From Octopus vulgaris (lineage: Eukaryota), in assembly GCA_951406725.2 (NCBI GenBank), contig OX597817.1, positions 126,542,001 through 126,606,000 of the forward strand: DNA of 64,000 bases. The letters run 5' to 3'. The notes beneath the pieces are model-generated. The model had not been told where the DNA came from and did no database searches. It was given only the letters and a program-made list of their open reading frames with translations. The position numbers and the translations under genes are program-made. Position 1 is the stretch's first letter, and the number at the start of each line of letters is the position of its first letter. Below are positions 55,343 to 64,000 of the stretch, piece after piece.

Positions 55343-55828
55343 AATTGAATTATGTATCCATTCGAAACGTCAGACAACAAAACACATTGGAACAATAATT
55401 TCCTTTTAGTGTTCCAATATTCTAGTTTTTCTTATGAGATGCAACACGGTGATGTATGAATCTTTTAGCTTCATCATTGAAAGAAAACATTAATATTTAT
55501 ACACATGAGTTTTGTAACAGCACTATATGCAGATACATACATGCATTCACGCAAATGTTCACATACACACACACATACACGCTAATATATTAATACGTAC
55601 ACATTTGCGCATAAGAGTACAGCTAGCGTAACAGTAATACATGTGTGTCCGTGTGTGCATACAAGAATATGAGCATGTGTGTATTTCGTAGTAATTGCTG
55701 ATTATGCACCTAACCGACATTCGAACTAATGAGCAACTTGACCGAGTGGTCCCTAAAATCCAATGGAAGCATCGATAACTAGATATATTTTTCTTTACAA
55801 GAAAAACTGTCTAGATTCAGAGACATAC

Positions 55829-55906
<78 letters not shown>

Positions 55907-55928
55907 TATATACATATATTTATATATA

Positions 55929-55996
<68 letters not shown>

Positions 55997-57649
55997 GTGT
56001 GTGTGTGCGTGTGCGTGTATGTGTAAATATATATGCTTCGTAATATATCGTAAGAGATAAATATATGTAGATGTGTTGGTATTCGCTGAATTTCTGTTAT
56101 TTGTTGTATACATTTATATTTTCATATCACATGAACATTAGAAGCAACACAACTATTTATGAGAACGTTTTTCCGTTGTTTTTACTTGTATCTTTCATCT
56201 ATGTTTTACTCTTATTTTTCTCTTAATCTTTGTTTTATGATTTGTGCACTATGACGTTCATTTTTGTTCGCCCCATTATCATCACAGCACATCTCTACAC
56301 GCAAACTTATACCACCAACAACATCACTACTCCGATCACAATGAGAAACTAAAGGAAAAACAATAGCAAATGTGTACTTGTGTACTATGTCTGTTGGTAA
56401 AAGCGTGCATGAGGAATTTGGCCAAATATTTGGATTCCCAGTGAGATAAACTTCATATAAACACGAAATAAAACCTGTGAGGAAGAATAATAATCACGTA
56501 TTTTATGGTTTTTTATCTGAACACTGACCATAATATTGTAGCAAGTAGCAAGTTGACCAGCTATGACTGCATAAGATACAACATACAAACAGTGTTAAGT
56601 AATAGATCTTGCAATATCACATGACAAAAGAGCGGTTAGCAAAGGAACTGCAGAACATGAGAAACATCAGTGTATAACCAGAGAGATAAAGAGCGTGTGG
56701 AATACATCGATAAAACTTACCTTTGTACTATTTAAAAATACTTGGGCGATACCCAGCCCGCCACCTAAGAGTAACTGAGACACGCAATGTCGATCTGCAG
56801 AAGTGTCTCAACCTGTTTTCTGCTTGAATCACAAGAATGTCTCTTGCGATTTGCGGACGAAATCTCATGAGAATATCTCTGCTACGTAAATTTGCATATT
56901 CTAGGTTATAGACCTAAACCTTTAGCCACTACGTGCGATTGATCAGTCATACATATGACTAACATTTCATTCAGATTGTACATCTTTGATGAATGTAGTA
57001 AAATCATTACACAAAAGTCTGGGGTTCAGTTTTAAAATATCTTAGAGAAACCATATACATTTTTATATCGAAGAACACAAATTTGGGGTCAAAGAATGCT
57101 GGTTGTTTCAGTGATGAAAATCTGACAAGCGAATTGAAGAAAGTGAGAAATTCTGTGAGAGAGCGAATGGATAATGGGAGTGAAGTAGTTCAATAAATTA
57201 GCTCCTGGTGACTTAAATGTTTTTAGTAAGCCATCCCATGCCGTGTAAATGACTTACGGACACCGGAATTGACACTGGTATTGTTGGTGTTGCTATAAAA
57301 TTTTATTGTATTTTACGCAATATCTCTCTTGAAATATTCCTGAGATTTAATAAGATGTGCTTCCCCCTTACATATAACGATCAAATAATGAAATATGATG
57401 CAGGCAAACGGTGATAAAATAATAATATAAAAATGCAAATCAATCGCAGATTTAAATTTAATTTGATGAAATGCACCATCAATACTATTAGCTCAAACGG
57501 AATAATATCTGCAGTACCCACAAGGGATTCAAATGAACGTAAGTCCTCATAGCATTAATATACAATATATAGAAAAGGCAACACAGAAAATACGGAAGAT
57601 CGATGATTCCAGGGTACTCATTAAAACAGCATATCTGAAGAATACTAAA

Positions 57650-59600
57650 GCGAAAAATACGTTAGAACTATATAACTTAGGAAAAAACAAAAACATTATT
57701 TGAAATAAAAATTCGCCCGAATCAACAGATATCCACTAAATCACAAAGCATCCCGAAATAGGAAAATACTTAAAATAATGCAATCTCAAACTATATGTTC
57801 AGAAAAAGTGTTAATCTAGAAATCAATGCAGTACTGAAAACACTAGGGCAAACTTTTTTAAAACACCGAACCTGTTATCTGAAGTAATTTAACAGGACAT
57901 GCATCAGATAACTCGCATTACAACTGAAATAACATGATGAGATTAGAACTGGAAGAATGATGAGATTAGAACTCGCATAAGAACTGGAAGAACATGATGA
58001 GATTAAAACTTGTTTAAATATTTAACAGGGGTGGGACATTAATTTATAGAATAGTACTTTGATAAGAGAATGAATTAACAATCTGCAACTGAATTTACAA
58101 TTGGACAGCAAAGTTCATACCCATAAAGAGAGAAATTATAAATCACAAAACAAAATATAATTTTTTTCATTTTTATTTGTCGATCAAATGCAGGTGGGTT
58201 CAAGACTGCAAACAGGATGGAGATTTACCCGAGATGTTGGCATGAGATCTGAGTTAGCGCAACTGTTCACCACTCGATATATGAAACTTTCATAAACATA
58301 CTATTATCATGCTTGATAAAGTAGATTGGTAAAGGTTAATTAGAATTAAGATTGGCATTCCCGTCCTTCAGATGTTATGAGGTAGAAATTAACAGAAAAA
58401 ACATTTAAGAAGGAATAATACGCTTTAGATCAAAAATGTAGCAAATACGCAAGTAGACGTCAACACCCTTGCTCTGCCACTAATGAATTACAATATTTTA
58501 AATTGAACGTTAAATGACAGCCGAGAAAAGTAGAACTGCTTTTAACATAGACAGGCAACGAAAAAAACTAGAAATAGAGAGATAATTATTCTTTTTTACA
58601 CTAGGCACAAGTCCCTAAATTTTGGGGGAGCGGAGGCGAGTCGAATACATTAACCTCAGTACGCAACTGGTATTTAATTTGTCGACCTCGAAAGGATGAA
58701 AGACAAAGTCAACCTCGGCGGAATTTGAACTCAGAACGTAACGGCAGACGAAATACGGCAAAACATTTCGCCCGGTGTGCTAACGATCCTGCCTGCTCGC
58801 CGCCTAGAGAGATTATTATTAAAAGGAACACAGGGCGGTAGGAGCTTGATTAAATTATGAAATATATAATAAATTATTTACATAAGGGCTCCAAATATAT
58901 TATGATTAGAAAATAGTAACAAGTACACCCTCAAAACAATAGAAAAAGAACTATTATATTTCAAGGACACCAAAAATATGAAAAAAATATGCAAGCAAAA
59001 ATATGCTGCAATGAGAGAGAGCGAGAGGGGGGAGTATTCCGTCAAAGTAATTTTGTATTGCAAACGCTTTATATATTTGCATTATTAATTAATTGTATAT
59101 TTTATTCAACATTTATCTGATTCTCTTTAGTAAACTCATTTTAACTTACAATATTTGGAGAGGTTAAGAGATTTTGTATCACCATCCAATTACTTTATTT
59201 ACAAATATTTTATATTAAAGCTGTAGATTATAACTTCTATGGCTATTTATACCAATGGTGTCATTCCAAACACTGGATTTATTTTCAGTAGTTGGCATAA
59301 TCTTCTCCAGTACATATTCATCAATTTTGCCTTTGCCTCTCTGTGTTCTTTTGTAACAGTTACATATGCCACAAAGTATTTATATAATCTATTTACTCCA
59401 ACTCGATCCGGAATGAAAATATTTGTATGCTGACGGGTGTCTTTATCTAATAAAACCAAATTGTATCGTGAAAGATGCTGAAAAACATTGAGAATATGAT
59501 GTGAACGAGAAGTAAAGAAAAAGGCTATGATGCATGACATTTCAGCCAGTATTAACAATGACACGAGAACAATGTATGGGAGAAATAAATATAAACAAAG
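57650..59600 (+). mobile_element. Old R4/Dong-type LINE remnant, interrupted by a SINE
   Basis: VNTLALPLMNYNILN near 58460 matches INSLAVPVVTYSYNVLNW of the young copy; GMRSELAQ resembles GMEFGLEK; boundaries uncertain. Confidence 0.45.
58600..58805 (-). mobile_element. SINE family A
   Basis: GAAAGGATGAAAGACAAAGTCAACCTCGGCGGAATTTGAACTCAGAACGT...TCGCCGCC. Confidence 0.9.
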
Positions 59601-60229
59601 GTACAAAACCAACCAGCACTCATATGTTACCAAGAGACATTAAAACAGATCTTCTGAGAAAATAATATCATTTGCATGACTCTATTAGTTCAGATGCACA
59701 ATGCACAAAACATTTTAATCTATACAATAACAGAGTAACAAGTGACCTGCATAACCGATACCCAGCGTTTTATAATAAAAATAATTTATATCCCTCATTC
59801 TACAAAGCTGCACTTAATTAGATCTAAGGGTACCGCAACACTAATCAGTACGCCTGCGAAATTGAACACCGCTCACATATAAAACGAGCAACAAAATGAA
59901 TAACTCTACCGCAAACAATAAACCGAGATAAACGCAGAATCAATGAATAACGTATTTGTGCTACAAAAGAGAATGCGACAACTCTTCAGAAACATAAAAT
60001 TTGTATTCTTAGAATAGGACCTCACAAATAACTATAGGTATGAAAATATTAGAACTAGTAGTTTTCTACAACAACAACAACAATAACAACTGCTGCTATA
60101 CTACCACTAGAACTACAATAATGACAATAATAACCACCACAAGAATAAAACTATGACGGAAAAGAAGAAGGAGGAGAAGAACAAGAAGAACAACAACAAC
60201 AACAGCAACAACAACAACAACATTGTCTT

Positions 60230-60365
60230 TCTACTAAGGGCACGGAGCCTGAAATTTAGAGAGTGGGGGCTAGTCGATATAATCGACCCCAGACCGTAAC
60301 TAATACAGATTTCATAACGTAGGATAAAAAGCAAGGTCAACCTTGATAGAATTTGAACTCAGATC
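60230..60365 (-). mobile_element. SINE family A fragment within AAC/AAT/AAG repeats
   Basis: GGGGGCTAGTCGAT..ATCGACCCCAG...AATTTGAACTCAGA. Confidence 0.7.
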
Positions 60366-60599
60366 CTGCAGTACTAACGTTTGTAATGGCTCGCAGCTTT
60401 AAGATCAACAACAACAACACTAACAACAACAATAACAACAACAACAACAACAACAACAATAATAATAATAAGAATAATAATAATAAGAATAATAATAAAA
60501 AGAAGAAGAAGAATGACGAAAGACAGCAAACTCAGACCATAGGATTGCATAATGATGAGCAAACGCACAAAAGTAGAACGCCACAGATGCAAATATGAA

Positions 60600-61465
60600 C
60601 GGGGGGTGGGGGATTATGAAGCCAATCTAAATTCTGGAAACAGTGAAGGTGAAACTAATGATCATGATACTCAACAATGAGCTTAATCAAAGAATTGAAA
60701 GCCACAGGTCTCACTATAGAACACAGATTGTGTCTTGCAAAACTTAAAGGCGATACTAAAACAACGTCAGTAATAAATAGCCAGAACCTGGCCGTCACAG
60801 TATTAATATCCAGAGAAACGTCAATATGGCCAGGTTAAATTATATATGTAGCAACCTCTGTAGCCACAAAAGAATCTGCATATCCATTAACACCCATCCA
60901 AAAAGGTGCATCACGAACTAAATAAAGTCTGTGGATAAACAATATCCAAGAAAATAGAAAATAAGAGAAACGATTTGTCATTCCTTAATGAAACTAGTAG
61001 ACAATAAATGCTACTAAGCAACAAGAAGATAAAAGAAATACTACGTAAATAGAAAATTACAAAACAAGGTATAGCAGAGTTAAAAGAAAAGATAAAGCAA
61101 GATATTTTTGCCAAAGCACAACGAAACCGCCAGTATGAAAAATGCCAAAGTTTCTTTGAACAAAACAAACAGTTCAACTTCAACCGCAAAAGATTCTACA
61201 AAGAACTTGGCAAAAATAGAAGAGATCAATGCAGCACCAATAGCAGAAGAGGTGGAAGAAGTATGGAACGAAATAAGGTCTACGAAAGGACAATCTCACA
61301 GAAGTCTATCAAAACAACACAGCAGCTGAACAACTCTGGACCCTTATAACAACTGAAGAGGTAACCCATGTACTGCAAAATCTAGGAAAATGGAAGGCAT
61401 CCGAACACGACAAGATCCCGAAAGTCTGGTTAATATACCTAACAGGAACACATACAAAGCTGGCT
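60600..61465 (+). mobile_element. R4/Dong-type LINE, region N-terminal to RT
   Basis: LKEKIKQDIFAKAQRNRQYEK..FEQNKQFNFNRKRFYKEL...EEVEEVWNEI...ITTEEV..LGKWKASEHDKIPKVWL (KW.APG.D.I...W). Confidence 0.75.
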
Positions 61466-63514
61466 TGGCTTTTCGGCCCTTGCCGGCAAAAGGGAGGCGG
61501 GTGGTGGTGGGGGGATCTTCATGATGGATTCAGCCGACCAGCATTCGTACTCGTGTACTATTTATAGATAGAATTTATTATTTTACACATGTTATACAGG
61601 ACCCAATTATTCTATGCCGTCATGTTTCAATCGATTTAGCAGAATCTGCTTTCTGAATTTCTGTTCCAGTTAATATTACCAATCAGTATTCAATTTTAAG
61701 CATAAGAGCTTTCTTCATCGAGAACCTTCAAAACCTGTCTTAAATTATAGATTTTAATTTCTTTACTTTTCGCTTAGCTGTTCTAATCTCTGTTAGACAA
61801 TTCTAAATGACTTTATGTCATCATTTCAACTTTTCATTATTTCAAGTTTCGCTTTCAACATTTAGAAACTAATGGTAGTAAACTTGTGTCTAATACAAAC
61901 ACAGACATTTTCAGAAAAAAGAATATTTTCACGAGGAAAAGAGAATTTCGGAGTGAGAAAGTTATTCACACGCGTTTGCACATTCTCTTTGAAGTATAGA
62001 TAGTTATGATTGCAAGAGCATCTAAATGACAAAAGCAGCAATAAATTATAGAATTAATTGCAAAAATAAGTAAACAATTAAGAATCTTCTCCTCATTCAA
62101 CTTTCTGACTTCCATAAATGTGCATACACAACCTCTATAATTAATAAAAGTAACGTAACAATCAGTAGAAGAGAACAAACAGCGTATGAAGTGTCGTAGG
62201 AACTACGTATATCACTATTAGCATAGCGATGAACACATTATCAAACAACGATATATCTATAGTATAGCATGCATTACTCATTGTCATAAAAATAAAATTA
62301 GGAATAATATATGCTACAAACAAATGAAAATGAACACTCTGATCTGAAACAATTCTGGGAAACATGAAAGTCGGAGAAGAATCGTCAGAACAGTAATTTG
62401 ATTAACAAAGTGTGGTAGACTCATAGCGACTATTGACTTCAAATACATGAGTGTGTGTGTGTGTATCTGCGTGTGTGTGTGTCTGCGTGTGTGCGTGCGT
62501 GTGTATTGAGTAAGGAATATCTTTAGAAGCTGCGATGGCATTTAGGAATGCAAAACAAAACTAAATTCAGAAACCTTAAAAGACTAATTAAAAATTTAGC
62601 CTAATATCTTTGACATTCTCGATTTGACGTCATTGTAGGGTTTCTGGTGTAAGTCATACTAAGGGAGTTACCAATGGAATGCACATTAGATTCCATAGCA
62701 GGAGAATTGATATTAATTTCCGCTCTCTAACTTCAGAATTCAAATACTTTTCATGACATATTTGGATATCCGCTGTCTATGACATCAGTGCTGCAGGCGA
62801 TTTCCTTCTGTCCCTGGCTATTTATCACTTTTTGTCAATCATTTACTCTGGGGAACAAACACAGGGTTAGACTCCACTAATTTGCAAATGCCAAACAACA
62901 TCTGACCGATTGCGAGCCAACGAATTGAAAGACAACGAACGCATAAACTGACACACAAACAAATGGATATGCACACAAATGTACATATATGTACATACAT
63001 ACGCACACATATATGTGCATATATATAAATACATATATACATATTGAGGGAGAGATAGTACTGAGTAATTATTTACAGAAATGTGTGCGCGTTTGTGTGC
63101 GTGTGTGTCTGTCTGTCTGTGTGCGTGTGTGCGTGTGAGTGTGTGAGCGTGTAAGAAATATTGCTGAATATTCTGTTAGACAAATCTTGTTATTAGTGTG
63201 CGTTTTTTTCTCATATATTTCATGGTTTACTTGTACATCAAACTGATGTACTAGTAAGCCATATTTATTTCAGTAAGTGAACCCCGGCCAACCTGGGACA
63301 TCGCCTTGAAGAAATGAAAGGAATAAGTCCTCCCAAGTAAATATTTTCAGTTTGATATTTATTCTCTCGGACTTTTTTTCTTTTATATGATTTAAAAAAT
63401 ATCATTTATATTAAAGTAGATGGCTGTCAAACACAAGACATACGATGTCTGAGGAATAAGTATCAGGACGGGTGCTATAAAACCAATGTTACAACAGCAC
63501 CAATTTGGCATTTA

Positions 63515-63930
63515 ATCTTTAAATTAATTCACTTCGGAAGCCACACACTTGATAACGTGCTGCTTCCATTGATGGACGCATTCCTGGAACTCGTTTTCTT
63601 GGATAAGAAGCAGCTTCCCTGTCGCATTCACGTCCTAAATTCTCCTTCCTTTGAAGCGAGATTTGACTTTTGGAAAAAGGAAAAAGTCGCAAGGTGGGAT
63701 ATCTGGGGAATGCTGTTCTTAGCCAAAAACTGATGCGCAAGCTGCGCTAAATGAGCAAGGTGCATTGTCAGTTGAAAGCGGGTTTGGCAGACACGCGTCT
63801 CATACCTAAATCTTCAGTGACAAAGGACTGAACTGAATTGTAACTAATCTGCACATCTGATAATTCACGGATGGTGATTCAACAATTTCCCCTCACAGCT
63901 GCACACACATCTGCAATGTTGCTGACGACG
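63515..63930 (-). mobile_element. Mariner transposase C-terminal remnant
   Basis: Minus: DNAP...HSPDIPPCDFFLFPKVKSRFKGRR...FQECVHQWK..IKCV. Confidence 0.85.
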
Positions 63931-64000
63931 ACTTCCACATAATTTCTGTCTGCAAAATAAATTCTAAACTAAGTAGTGCTTGGGGTCTAACAGTAGATAC

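Noticed and set aside
57930-58012. Short direct repeats (ATGATGAGATTAGAACT x3) that could suggest a CRISPR-like array
   Set aside because: Three irregular copies with no unique equal-length spacers in eukaryotic DNA; local tandem duplication.

Overview
AT-rich, microsatellite-dense animal genomic DNA. The SINE families, the (TA)/(TG)/(TAGA)/(AAT) runs and the TE mix suggest an octopus genome (inference from recognising the repeats). I find no convincing host protein-coding exon, so the window is probably intergenic or intronic. Most supplied ORFs are microsatellite translations. Recognisable content is transposon-derived: a fairly young 5'-truncated R4/Dong-type (RLE) non-LTR retrotransposon inserted in a (TAA)n tract; several Penelope-like element (PLE) fragments (RT, GIY-YIG); decayed mariner/Tc1, Chapaev-like, BEL/Pao, Gypsy and CR1-like remnants; and about 20 tRNA-derived SINE copies of two families. 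The most notable signal is a dozen or so minimal hammerhead-ribozyme (HHR) motifs from several unrelated short repeats. Four loci are arranged as PLE-style inverted pairs. They include a motif with perfect stems and a G3:C8 core swap (13064-13113), a type I HHR with intact core (47986-48036), and a tRNA-head + (AAT)n + HHR-tail SINE whose microsatellite hosts the Dong insertion. All calls come from manual reading and translation; boundaries of decayed elements are approximate.
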